Assembly (NCBI GenBank): GCA_050633305.1
Contig: JBOEGF010000018.1
Location: 224,001 to 288,000, forward strand
Reading direction: 5' to 3'
DNA from: Nannocystales bacterium
GTDB lineage: Bacteria > Myxococcota_A > Polyangia > Nannocystales > Nannocystaceae
DNA length: 64,000 nucleotides
The notes beneath the pieces were generated by a model. That model saw only the letters and a list, made by a program, of their open reading frames with translations. It was not told the origin of the DNA and searched no databases. This document shows, in pieces, positions 50,576-59,502 of the stretch (the first letter of the stretch is position 1; each line of letters opens with the position of its first letter). The translations under genes and the position numbers were made by a program.

Positions 50576-52153
50576 ATGACTCTCCCCGAACCCAAAGCGG
50601 ATGCGCACGCGCCAGGACTGCTCGATATCGAGGAGCCCGATGCGGAGCATGTCTCGTTGGCGGGATCCGACGACGGCGGGCGAGTGCCGTCGGGGACGTT
50701 CAAGAAGGTCGGATCTGGCATCGCTACGCTGCTCGCGATGATCGTGGTGTCGTACGTGGTGCCGGCCGCCAAGTGGACGCGCCCGTGGACCTCCGACGAC
50801 CCCGTTCTGTTCTGGAACCTCATCGGTCGCGAGTTGATGGGCGGGGAGGCCGAGGTCAAGGCCCAAGAGGACCAGCTCGCGGCGATGGACGCGATCGCCG
50901 AACTCGCCACGCAGAACGAGGATGACGATGCTTCGCCGGCGCTGCCCGACCGTGCATCCGTCGACGTTCCAGCCGCCGGAGGCCTGCCGCCCTACGAGGC
51001 GCACGCCGACGATGACGAGGAGGTTCCGCGGGCCCTCGAACTCCCCAACCCCGAGGCCCTCGATTCGTTCTACGCCCAGCTCGCCGAGACGCAGTCTGGC
51101 TTTGCGGGCGCCGTGACGCGTGTGAGCCACTGGGGAGATTCGGTCATCGCCGGTGACCACGTCACGTCCGCGCTGCGCACCCGGATGCAGCGACGCTTCG
51201 GAGATGCGGGGCACGGCTGGCACCTCATCAGCACGCCCACGTTGAGCTATCGCCACCGCGGAGTCCGCTTCAAGAAGGGCGACTGGGCGAACTGCTACAT
51301 CATCAACAGCTGCCGCAAGGATGGGCACTACGGCTACGGCGGCACGGTGTTCACTTCCAAGGGCGGCTCCAAGGTCACGCTGGGCACGGCTCGCAAGGGG
51401 GCGTTTGGCCGCAAGGTCTCTCGTTTCGAGCTCTGGTACGCGGCCGAATCCCGCGGCGGTGCACTCAAGGTGAGCATCGACGGGGACGAGACCCGGACGC
51501 TCGATGGCCGGGCCGCCGAGCTGACCGATCGCTACGAAGTCTTCGAGGTCCCCGACGGCCCGCACGACCTCACCGTCCGTGTGAATCAGGGCAAGGGCCG
51601 GCTGTACGGGGTCGTGCTCGAGCGGGACGGTCCGGGGGTGGTCTGGGATGGCCTGTCCAACCTCGGGGCGTTCACCGGCCGAATGCTCAAGGCCGACCCG
51701 GAGCATATGCTGGCGCAAATCAACCGCCGCAACCCCCACTTGCTGGTGTTTCAGTTCGGGGGCAACGACTTGATCATGAAGGCGAGCAAGTACGGCCTGC
51801 TCGAGCGACAGACCCGCGAGCTGATCCGGCTGTACCGTGGCAGCGAATCCCCAAGAGCGTGTCTTGTGGTCTCGCCCGTCGACCACGGTGAGCGAAAGGG
51901 TGGTCGCACTGTCTCCGTCGAAGCGATGGCTCCGGTGACCGAGCTTCAGCGCAGGGTCGCGCTGGAGGAGGGGTGTGCGTTCTTCGACACCCAGGCTGCG
52001 ATGGGAGGTCCTGGCGCAATTGCACTGTGGCGTCAACGCAACCTCATGTCCGCCGACCTCGCACACCTCAGCGAGGAGGGGCAGAAGGTCCTCGGGCACA
52101 TGATCTACTTGGCTCTGATGCAGGGCTACCGCGCCTATCGCGAGCGCGAATGA
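50576..52153 (+). CDS. Membrane-anchored SGNH/GDSL protein (PatB/AlgJ-like partner)
   Basis: TM anchor; GDS, FGGND, DLAH blocks; 4 bp after the MBOAT stop. Confidence 0.85.
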   Translation: MTLPEPKADAHAPGLLDIEEPDAEHVSLAGSDDGGRVPSGTFKKVGSGIATLLAMIVVSYVVPAAKWTRPWTSDDPVLFWNLIGRELMGGEAEVKAQEDQLAAMDAIAELATQNEDDDASPALPDRASVDVPAAGGLPPYEAHADDDEEVPRALELPNPEALDSFYAQLAETQSGFAGAVTRVSHWGDSVIAGDHVTSALRTRMQRRFGDAGHGWHLISTPTLSYRHRGVRFKKGDWANCYIINSCRKDGHYGYGGTVFTSKGGSKVTLGTARKGAFGRKVSRFELWYAAESRGGALKVSIDGDETRTLDGRAAELTDRYEVFEVPDGPHDLTVRVNQGKGRLYGVVLERDGPGVVWDGLSNLGAFTGRMLKADPEHMLAQINRRNPHLLVFQFGGNDLIMKASKYGLLERQTRELIRLYRGSESPRACLVVSPVDHGERKGGRTVSVEAMAPVTELQRRVALEEGCAFFDTQAAMGGPGAIALWRQRNLMSADLAHLSEEGQKVLGHMIYLALMQGYRAYRERE

Positions 52154-52252
52154 GAAGAAAACATCCACGCGGGTGAAATCGGACGGGGGCGCGATGCGTT
52201 CAAGCGCTGCAACCGGCGGCAACCGCTGCCGTCTTACTCCCGAGGCGCCCGC

Positions 52253-52531
52253 ATGTCTGCTCGATCCCGCTCGTTCTTCGCTGCACTGCTCTGGTCTGTT
52301 CTCGCGGTCGCCTCCGCTAGTTTCCTCGGTCTCGCACTCGGCGCCAACGCGTTTTCGCTCCCCTACGGCCTGACCGCGGGGGCGCTCTTCGGCTTGCTGC
52401 TCGGCGCGATCGGAATGCTCCGGCATCTGTCGGGGAAGACCCGGCCGGACATTGCAGGAGTCAGCCGGCGCGACGTCGCGTTCGCGGGGTCGTTCGCGAT
52501 CGTCACTGCGGCCGGCTGTTGCATCCTTTAG
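52253..52531 (+). CDS. Small membrane protein ending in CCIL
   Basis: 92 aa, three hydrophobic segments, GAGG upstream. Confidence 0.55.
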   Translation: MSARSRSFFAALLWSVLAVASASFLGLALGANAFSLPYGLTAGALFGLLLGAIGMLRHLSGKTRPDIAGVSRRDVAFAGSFAIVTAAGCCIL

Positions 52532-52561
52532 GACGCATCGCCGCGTCGCCACACCGCGCTG

Positions 52562-53749
52562 TCACGGGAGCAGGTAGGTCACTTCGAGGACCTCGTTGTT
52601 GTAGCGGAGTCGGTCCGTGGTGCCGTTGAAGTTGGTCGGGGTGGTCATCGACAACCGATACTGGGTGTGGCTCTGGGCGTTGTCGTAGTCGAACTCGACG
52701 TTGGCGGTCACGTCGACGGTCTTCACGTTGTCCGCGGCGTAGGTGTCCTCGTCGCTGAATACGCCAAGCGTTGAGAGTGCGGCAGAGTTGTACGTTCCAC
52801 CTGGAAGAGGCTCTGGGGCGATGTGGGCGACGGTGACCGAGTTGCCGAGTCCGGGAATCGGGTTGCCCGAGACCAGCCACTGCATCGCGCGTAGTTGTGC
52901 CACCTCGAACTCGAGAATCCCCGCGGGGAGGGGGGCGATGGAGAAACCGAAGAACCCCCGACGAGCCAGGTTGTCGCTGTAGTCTCCGACGATCGCGTCG
53001 TCGCCCGAGCCCGTTTGCACGACCCCGCTGCTGATGACCCCCCCTGTGTAGCCGGGGTCGTGGGAGAGCGCGACGGTCAGCCGACGTGCGGAGGAGAACG
53101 TTGCCGTCCAGGCTTCGTCGAGCGTATTGCCTGCCAGGTCGCTCGCCGTGTTCGAGAGCGTCACGGTGAACTCGAGGGCCTCGACGCCCAGCGGGCTGGA
53201 GCCGGTCGCGTATGGGATGTCGTCGTCCGGGGTGAGGGTGAGCTCGGTGTCGTCGTCGTTCCAGCTCAGGGTCACGGCGTCCAGGGCTCCGGTATCCAGA
53301 GCGTCTGCCACCGAGAGCACATCCATTGGCTCGCTGAAGGAGAGCACGATGGTGGCGTTGGCTCTGACGGCGGTCGCCCCATCAGTCGGTGTCATCGAAT
53401 CGACGCGTGGTGCCTCGGTGTCTTGGGTCCCTGTGCTGGTGTCCGCGGCCGCCGAAGTCTCAGCGTCGGTCGTCGAGGTTCCGTCGTCCAAGGGGGTGTC
53501 TGTGGTGACGGGTTCGCCGGATGACCCGTCGCCCGTTCCGCCCGAGGTGGTCCCGAATGTGGGGTCCCCAGAGGCCGTCATCGTGGCTCCGCTGTCCCCG
53601 TTCGCGGTCGTCCCTGCCGTGGTGTCGGTGCCCTGCGCTTCCCCCGCGGTTTCGTCGTTGCCACTGATGGCGGGGACCGGCTCGAAACACCCCGTCACGG
53701 CGATGGCGATGAGCAACAGGGAGAGGCGGGGGGCGCTCACAGTGGTCAC
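52562..53749 (-). CDS. Lipoprotein with Thr/Gly/Asp stalk, Ig-like (Big_5) domain and C-terminal beta-sandwich
   Basis: Lipobox VTGC; P.V.S..P.DGAT.V...I.L.FSEPMD...DLAGN.L....F. Confidence 0.8.
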   Translation of the reverse strand: MTTVSAPRLSLLLIAIAVTGCFEPVPAISGNDETAGEAQGTDTTAGTTANGDSGATMTASGDPTFGTTSGGTGDGSSGEPVTTDTPLDDGTSTTDAETSAAADTSTGTQDTEAPRVDSMTPTDGATAVRANATIVLSFSEPMDVLSVADALDTGALDAVTLSWNDDDTELTLTPDDDIPYATGSSPLGVEALEFTVTLSNTASDLAGNTLDEAWTATFSSARRLTVALSHDPGYTGGVISSGVVQTGSGDDAIVGDYSDNLARRGFFGFSIAPLPAGILEFEVAQLRAMQWLVSGNPIPGLGNSVTVAHIAPEPLPGGTYNSAALSTLGVFSDEDTYAADNVKTVDVTANVEFDYDNAQSHTQYRLSMTTPTNFNGTTDRLRYNNEVLEVTYLLP

Positions 53750-53784
53750 GTTGAGTTGGATGCGTGAACCCGACGATGTGACAC

Positions 53785-55173
53785 ATGAAATCTTCGGGAA
53801 GGGTTTGCGGTGGTGCGGGGTTTCGACTGCTCGTGCGACGTCGTGCCATCCGAGTTGCTCTGGTCATCGCTGCGCTCATCGCGATCGTCGTGGGTGCGAT
53901 GGCGATGTGGGTGCGTTCGGACGACGCGCGGCGACGTTTTGAACGCACCGCGTCCCAAGCGTTGAACCGCGACGTCCGGGTGGCTGGGATCGGGGTGGGC
54001 TGGGATCGGGTGACCCTTCACAACCTCACGCTCTCGGACCCGTGGTCGGATCAGCCTGCCCTGCAGGTTGCGCACGGTGAGTTCGAGATCCGATGGTCGG
54101 CGCTGTGGGATGGCGGGCTTGCGGGCACCCTCACCGCGGAGGCGTTCTCCATCCGGGTCCGCAAACGCGGTCGCGAGACGAACTTTCATGGGATGCGGCG
54201 GCCCACCGCGCAGAAGCGTCCCCTCGACATCGTGCTGGCGTTGTCGGGTGGAGAGGTCCTGGTCCACGACGAGGACCGTGAGGAGAGGGTACGACTCGAA
54301 GGGGTCGAGTTGGTCGGACGCGTGGCGCGGGAGGATGCTCAGTCGGTCGTGGGATTGGAGGCGCGTGCCGACGCTGTGCACACGTATGGGGTGCTGATCT
54401 CGGACGTGTCGGTGAGCTTGGCGATCGGTCGGGAGGGCGTGGACCTGGACCAACTCCAAGCCCGCCTCGGAGGGGGGCGTATCGCCGCCGATGGACGCCT
54501 GGGCTTTGACGTCTCGTCGACGTGGTCCGCCCATGTGGAGGCGGTCGACGTCGCCCTTCGCGACGAGGTTCTGCCCATCGTTGTGGCGGCCTTCCCGGCA
54601 GCAGCCGGAGTGCCCCAAACGCCCGAGGGTCGGATCGAGGGAAGGCTGTCCCTCGTGGCCGAGGTTGAGGGCGCGGGTCTGAGCCCGTCCAGTCTGGTTC
54701 CCACCCTCCGCGGTCGTCTCCGGGTCGAGCTCGAAGGGGTCGTCCTGCCACCCGAAACAGCGGTCGTCCGGATCGCGGCACTGCTGGGTCGCTCACCTGA
54801 ACCGCTCGCGTTGGAGCCCGTGTCGGTCGAGGCGAGTTTGGCCGGTCCATGGGTCCGGGTCGACACGGTGCGAAGCGGAGGTGAGCCCATCGCGTTGCCG
54901 TTTGAGGGGCGGGTTGCGCTCGATGGTCGACTGGACCTCGATGTCGACGTCTTGCCGCTGCTCCAGGCTCTTCCTCAGGCTCACAGCTGGGCTCGTCGAT
55001 ACACGCTCGCGCTCCCCGTTCGTGTCGAGGGCACGACGGCCGAGCCGGTGGTGCGAGCGCCTTCCGCTGCGACGGTCGCACGCGCGGTGGCCGGGGCCTG
55101 GGCCCTGCGAGCGCTCGATCTCCATTCTCCGCGGGGCGGCGGACCTGCGAGCCCCAACCCCAGTTCCTACTGA
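53785..55173 (+). CDS. AsmA-like (repeating beta-groove) protein
   Basis: N-terminal TM, AL.R.V.V, beta-rich repeats, G.V.LDG.LDL, LPVRVEGT...P. True start may be about 50 nt downstream. Confidence 0.65.
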   Translation: MKSSGRVCGGAGFRLLVRRRAIRVALVIAALIAIVVGAMAMWVRSDDARRRFERTASQALNRDVRVAGIGVGWDRVTLHNLTLSDPWSDQPALQVAHGEFEIRWSALWDGGLAGTLTAEAFSIRVRKRGRETNFHGMRRPTAQKRPLDIVLALSGGEVLVHDEDREERVRLEGVELVGRVAREDAQSVVGLEARADAVHTYGVLISDVSVSLAIGREGVDLDQLQARLGGGRIAADGRLGFDVSSTWSAHVEAVDVALRDEVLPIVVAAFPAAAGVPQTPEGRIEGRLSLVAEVEGAGLSPSSLVPTLRGRLRVELEGVVLPPETAVVRIAALLGRSPEPLALEPVSVEASLAGPWVRVDTVRSGGEPIALPFEGRVALDGRLDLDVDVLPLLQALPQAHSWARRYTLALPVRVEGTTAEPVVRAPSAATVARAVAGAWALRALDLHSPRGGGPASPNPSSY

Positions 55174-55325
55174 ACGGGTCGCGGCGTGGCGAGGCGCGGC
55201 GTCGCGATGTGCAACAAACTCGGCCTCGCTACACTCCGAGCCCACGACGAGGGCGCTCGAAGCCCCGAGATCACTGGGGTTCCTGCGGCAAAGGCGGCGG
55301 CATGCCGCTCGCAGAACACCCAGGC

Positions 55326-56315
55326 ATGCGCTCGACCTGGATGCTCGCCGCCACCCTCACTGCCACGCTCACCGGTTGCTTTGATACCGACGTCGCACCG
55401 ACACCGACATTCAGTGCGGAGGACGTGAGCATCGAAGTCCCCACGGGGAACCTCCGAGCGCTGGGCGGTCGAGGCGAGGTCATGGAGCTTGCCGACGAGG
55501 TCAGCGGTGACGTCAACAGCTGGGTCGGGGAGATGGCCGCCTCGTTTGGCGAGATGCTGTCCGAGCTCGCGAAACACGAGCCCACGCGAAACGAGGGGGA
55601 CTGGCGCATCTACGGGCCGTTCGAGGGCGACGACGGAGAAGACTTGACGGTGATGGTGCGGGTCGAGGGGGATGCGTCACGCGGTCGTTTCGAAGTGCTG
55701 GCGGGCTCCGCTGGAACGCCCGCATCGGACCTTGTCATCGTGTTCTCTGGAGGCCTCACAGAGACCGATGACGCTCGCACGGGAAGCATTCGAATCGACT
55801 TCGACACGATTCACGGGATCACGGCGCTGCGGGAGCAGATGGGCGGCACCGGTGACTTCGGCGGCGCGATCGAAGTGGAGTTCGACCGTGAACTGGAGAC
55901 GAAGGCCAAGACCGTGGAGCTGCACTTCGACGGCTTCCACTACGCCGACGAGGATGAGGACCTCGAGTACCGAGACGAGGTTTACTCGTTTGAGCGCGAG
56001 GACGGCGGTGCTGGCTCGTTCCACTTCGCGACCTGGGGCACGTTTGACGAAGAGGGCTGGAGTGGCCCAGAGCGTGAGCGCATGACGGTGGACATGGTTT
56101 GGGACGACGCCGAGTCGGGGCGTGCGCGTGCGCAGGTCCTCGAGGTCGAGGGGGAAGGCGACCTGCTGTTCGGAGACCTCGTCCTCGAAGAGTGCTTCGA
56201 TCCGGGCTTCTCGCTGACCTGGGCCGAGGTCAACGCGCCCTACCGTGGTCTTGGTGGCTACGCCGAAGGCGACGCGACCGCGTGCAGGATCGACGCATCG
56301 GCGTTCGATGGCTGA
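55326..56315 (+). CDS. Acidic hypothetical lipoprotein
   Basis: Lipobox LTGC; beta-rich; C-terminal Cys pair. Confidence 0.7.
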   Translation: MRSTWMLAATLTATLTGCFDTDVAPTPTFSAEDVSIEVPTGNLRALGGRGEVMELADEVSGDVNSWVGEMAASFGEMLSELAKHEPTRNEGDWRIYGPFEGDDGEDLTVMVRVEGDASRGRFEVLAGSAGTPASDLVIVFSGGLTETDDARTGSIRIDFDTIHGITALREQMGGTGDFGGAIEVEFDRELETKAKTVELHFDGFHYADEDEDLEYRDEVYSFEREDGGAGSFHFATWGTFDEEGWSGPERERMTVDMVWDDAESGRARAQVLEVEGEGDLLFGDLVLEECFDPGFSLTWAEVNAPYRGLGGYAEGDATACRIDASAFDG

Positions 56316-56351
56316 GCTGCCTGGAACCTCCGTGTATGGGCGTAGAAGGGC

Positions 56352-57212
56352 TCAGCCCTTCACGCCCCCGGAGGCCAGCCCTGCGACGAGGTGCCGCTGC
56401 ACATAGTAGAACAGGGCCATCACCGGGATGCTGACGATGATCGCTCCTGCGGCGAACTTCTCCCACTGCGCATCGTACTCCCCGATGAAGCGCTGCAGCA
56501 TCACCGGGAGCGTGAACATCGACTCGTCGTCGAGGAAGGTCGCCGCGAGGATAAACTCGTTGTAGGCGCTCATGAAGGCGAACAACGTCGTCACGGCGAT
56601 GGCGGGCCGGGCGATCGGGAGGACAACCTTCACGAAGGCCTGAAACTGCGTCGCGCCATCGACCATGGCGGCTTCTTCGAGGTCGATGGGGATCGACTCG
56701 AACGCGGCTCGGAGCTGGAAGATGGCGAACGGGACCGATGTGCTCGCATAACAGAGCACCAGGCCGGTACGGGAGTTGAGCAGGCCAACCGCGTCGAGGA
56801 CGAGGTACAGGGGAATGGCGCTGGCGACCGCCGGAAACATCTGCGTCGCGAGCAGACTTCGGGTGCCGGCTTGTTTACCCGCGAACTCGAATCGGGCCAA
56901 TGCGTACGCCGCAGGGATGGCGATGAGCACTCCGACCGCGGCCGTCGCAGTGGACACGATGAGCGAGTTGAGGAGCTGCCGACCGAACAGCCAGAGCGTC
57001 TCTCCCTCGGGGGTGACCTTCGAGGCTGTCGCGACGGCCTCGAAGTGTTCGAGGGTGGGCTCCGCGGGAATCGGGATGGCGTTGGGCTCGGGGGAGGGCG
57101 TCCCGGACAGCGCCAGTGCCACGACCCAGAGCACGGGGTACAGGGCGAAGATCACCGCGCCCACGAGAACGACGTGGACCAGGACCGATTCGAGCTTGGC
57201 CGCACGCGTCAT
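56352..57212 (-). CDS. Carbohydrate ABC transporter permease (MalG-like)
   Basis: NSLIVS, AAYALARF, QMFP, LEEAAMVDGA (EAA loop), NEF, GGVKG; ATGA overlap with the upstream gene. Confidence 0.93.
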   Translation of the reverse strand: MTRAAKLESVLVHVVLVGAVIFALYPVLWVVALALSGTPSPEPNAIPIPAEPTLEHFEAVATASKVTPEGETLWLFGRQLLNSLIVSTATAAVGVLIAIPAAYALARFEFAGKQAGTRSLLATQMFPAVASAIPLYLVLDAVGLLNSRTGLVLCYASTSVPFAIFQLRAAFESIPIDLEEAAMVDGATQFQAFVKVVLPIARPAIAVTTLFAFMSAYNEFILAATFLDDESMFTLPVMLQRFIGEYDAQWEKFAAGAIIVSIPVMALFYYVQRHLVAGLASGGVKG

Positions 57213-59443
57213 TCGGTGGACTCTCCTCGGCCGCTCCCCGACCACCGCGCCTTCCAGCGGTCGAGAATCTTCGTGCCAAAGAACAGCAGCAAGAAGATGA
57301 GCACCGCATACGCGGCCGCGTATCCGTATTGTGCCTCGCGCGTGAACGCCCAGCGGTAGGCGTCGGAGACCAGGATGTCCGTGCTGCTGTCCGGGTCACC
57401 GCCCGAGACGAGGAACACGACGTTGAACATGTTGAACGTCCAGATCGCGCCGAGGGTCACCGCTGGCATGAGCGTGGGGCGAATGATCGGCAGCGTGACC
57501 CGGGTGAGCCGTTGCCAGCGAGAGGCACCGTCGACCTCGGCCGCTTCGAGGACGTCCTTCGGCACCGAGGTGAGTGCACCGATCGTCACGACCATCATGA
57601 ACGGGAAACCAAGCCAGACGTTTGTGGCGATGTTGGCCGTGAACGCGGTCGAGAATTGTGCGAACCAGGAGATGGGCTGGATCGAGGTTCCAAGGAGGTC
57701 GTTGAGCGCGTTGATCATCCCGGTGATCGCACCGAACTGACGGTGGAACATGCCCTTCCACGCGAGCGCGGTCACGTAGTTGGGCACCGCCCAAGGCACG
57801 ATCAGCAGCACCCGGTAGATCGCCTTCATCCTCAACACCGGGCGCGAGAGCAGCAGGCCGACCGCGAGTCCGATGCCCAGGTGGAACACCACGTTGATGA
57901 CGGTCCACAGCAAGGTGACGAGCAGGACCAAGTAGAACGAACCCGAGCCGAGGAGCTCGCCGCCGCGTGCGGTCAGAATCTCGACGAAGTTGCCCAGCCC
58001 GACGTAGTGCATGTCGGTGGACGGGCCCGCGAAGAGGGATGTGCCGGCGCCGACCGAGAGCGGGAGGATGACCAGCACGCCGACAGCCACGATCGCGTGA
58101 ACCAGGTAGCGATAGGCGTGGGCGCTTTGTCGGAACGTGGGCCCCGTGTTCGTGCGTCGAGCGCGCGAGACCCACACCAAGGCGCCGACGAGGGACAACG
58201 CCGCGAGTACGACGGCCGGCCACGGAGATGCGGGCGGCGGGGGAGGGCGCCGGACGTCGCGGAACCTTCGCTCTGCCTCGATCAGGGCGGGGCCCGGTTC
58301 TTTCTGGCCTCGCAAAATCTTTCGCAGTGCCTGGCGCGCGGGCTCCCACGTGGAGCGCATTGCCGCGGACGTCGGCATGGGCACCGCGGTCTTGGCTTGA
58401 GTCGTGAAGGCCTGCAGCAACGCGTCGGTTGATGGAACGTCGACGCGGGCGGAGGGGACTCGGGCGCTTCGCTGCCGGTCAGAGGCGGCGTCTTTGCCTG
58501 CGAGGTACCGAGCGAGGTCGCGGGCGACGCTGGAGGCGGCTCCCTTTGGGCTCAGCATGACGGCCTCGACGGTGAGGAACGGTGCAAGTGGACGTCCGGT
58601 CTTCGCAAGCGGCGGAAGGGGGACGACTTCGTACGACACCGAGCCTTCCACGTCCGAGGCCAGCCACGGCCCGCTCATGGCGTAGGCCGCCTTCCCCGAA
58701 CGGAAGAGGTTGGTGACAAGCGCTCCGTCGGCGTCGGAGGGGACGACGCCGGCCTCGACCAGGGACAGCGCAAAGCGAGTGGACGCCTCGGCTTCGGCCC
58801 CGACCATGCCGAAGCTGCCGTCCGCACCCAGCATGGTGCCGCCGAACGCATGCAGGAGCGGAGCGTGGGCGTAGGGATTCATCGCCTCATAGGCGAGTGC
58901 ATACACGCCTGTCGGCAGGGCGTAGTCGCTGGTGTTGAGCGCATCGGCCCACGCGGTGATCTCCTCGAAGGTCTCCGGTGCCGAGACGAGGTCTGTGTTG
59001 ACGTACAGCGCGAGCGACTTGAGGTTGAGGGGGACGGCGTAGACCTGCGCGTCGAGGGTGACGGCGTCGAGGGCTGCGGGGAGGAAGACTCCAGCCTCGA
59101 GTGCGTCGCCCACCGGAGCCACGACTTCGCGTTTGCGGTAGTCGCCGAGTCGCTCGTGAGAATCGATGAAGATGTGGGGTCCATCGCCGAGTGGGACCGC
59201 CGCGGAGATCTTGGACGCAAACGCGTCGTACGGGATCGCGAGGGTCGAGATTTGGACCTCCTGGCCCTCAGAGCGCGCGGCCTCTCGAAAGTCTGCGAGC
59301 GCGCGTTGCAGCGCCGCCTCTTCCTCCCCCCGGTAGGCGTGCCAGAGCGTGACGGGCTCCGCCGCTGCGGCAGGCGACGCCCACAATACGAACAACGCTG
59401 CGAGCCAAAGCGTGCGCAGCCACAGACGGCTTCCAAGCAACAT
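57209..59443 (-). CDS. Fused sugar-binding protein (MalE-like) and permease (MalF-like)
   Basis: Signal peptide; SBP motifs (GPHIFI..H.RLG, YAVP, LYVN.DL, F.SGKA...SGPW); then YVGLGNF, PWAVP, WLGFPF, EAAEVDGA in one frame. Confidence 0.9.
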   Translation of the reverse strand: MLLGSRLWLRTLWLAALFVLWASPAAAAEPVTLWHAYRGEEEAALQRALADFREAARSEGQEVQISTLAIPYDAFASKISAAVPLGDGPHIFIDSHERLGDYRKREVVAPVGDALEAGVFLPAALDAVTLDAQVYAVPLNLKSLALYVNTDLVSAPETFEEITAWADALNTSDYALPTGVYALAYEAMNPYAHAPLLHAFGGTMLGADGSFGMVGAEAEASTRFALSLVEAGVVPSDADGALVTNLFRSGKAAYAMSGPWLASDVEGSVSYEVVPLPPLAKTGRPLAPFLTVEAVMLSPKGAASSVARDLARYLAGKDAASDRQRSARVPSARVDVPSTDALLQAFTTQAKTAVPMPTSAAMRSTWEPARQALRKILRGQKEPGPALIEAERRFRDVRRPPPPPASPWPAVVLAALSLVGALVWVSRARRTNTGPTFRQSAHAYRYLVHAIVAVGVLVILPLSVGAGTSLFAGPSTDMHYVGLGNFVEILTARGGELLGSGSFYLVLLVTLLWTVINVVFHLGIGLAVGLLLSRPVLRMKAIYRVLLIVPWAVPNYVTALAWKGMFHRQFGAITGMINALNDLLGTSIQPISWFAQFSTAFTANIATNVWLGFPFMMVVTIGALTSVPKDVLEAAEVDGASRWQRLTRVTLPIIRPTLMPAVTLGAIWTFNMFNVVFLVSGGDPDSSTDILVSDAYRWAFTREAQYGYAAAYAVLIFLLLFFGTKILDRWKARWSGSGRGESTE

Positions 59444-59502
59444 CTCGCGCCGGGGAGCATACCAGGACGTCTGCCCAGAAACGTGGGATGTTGGGGTCCT
59501 CG

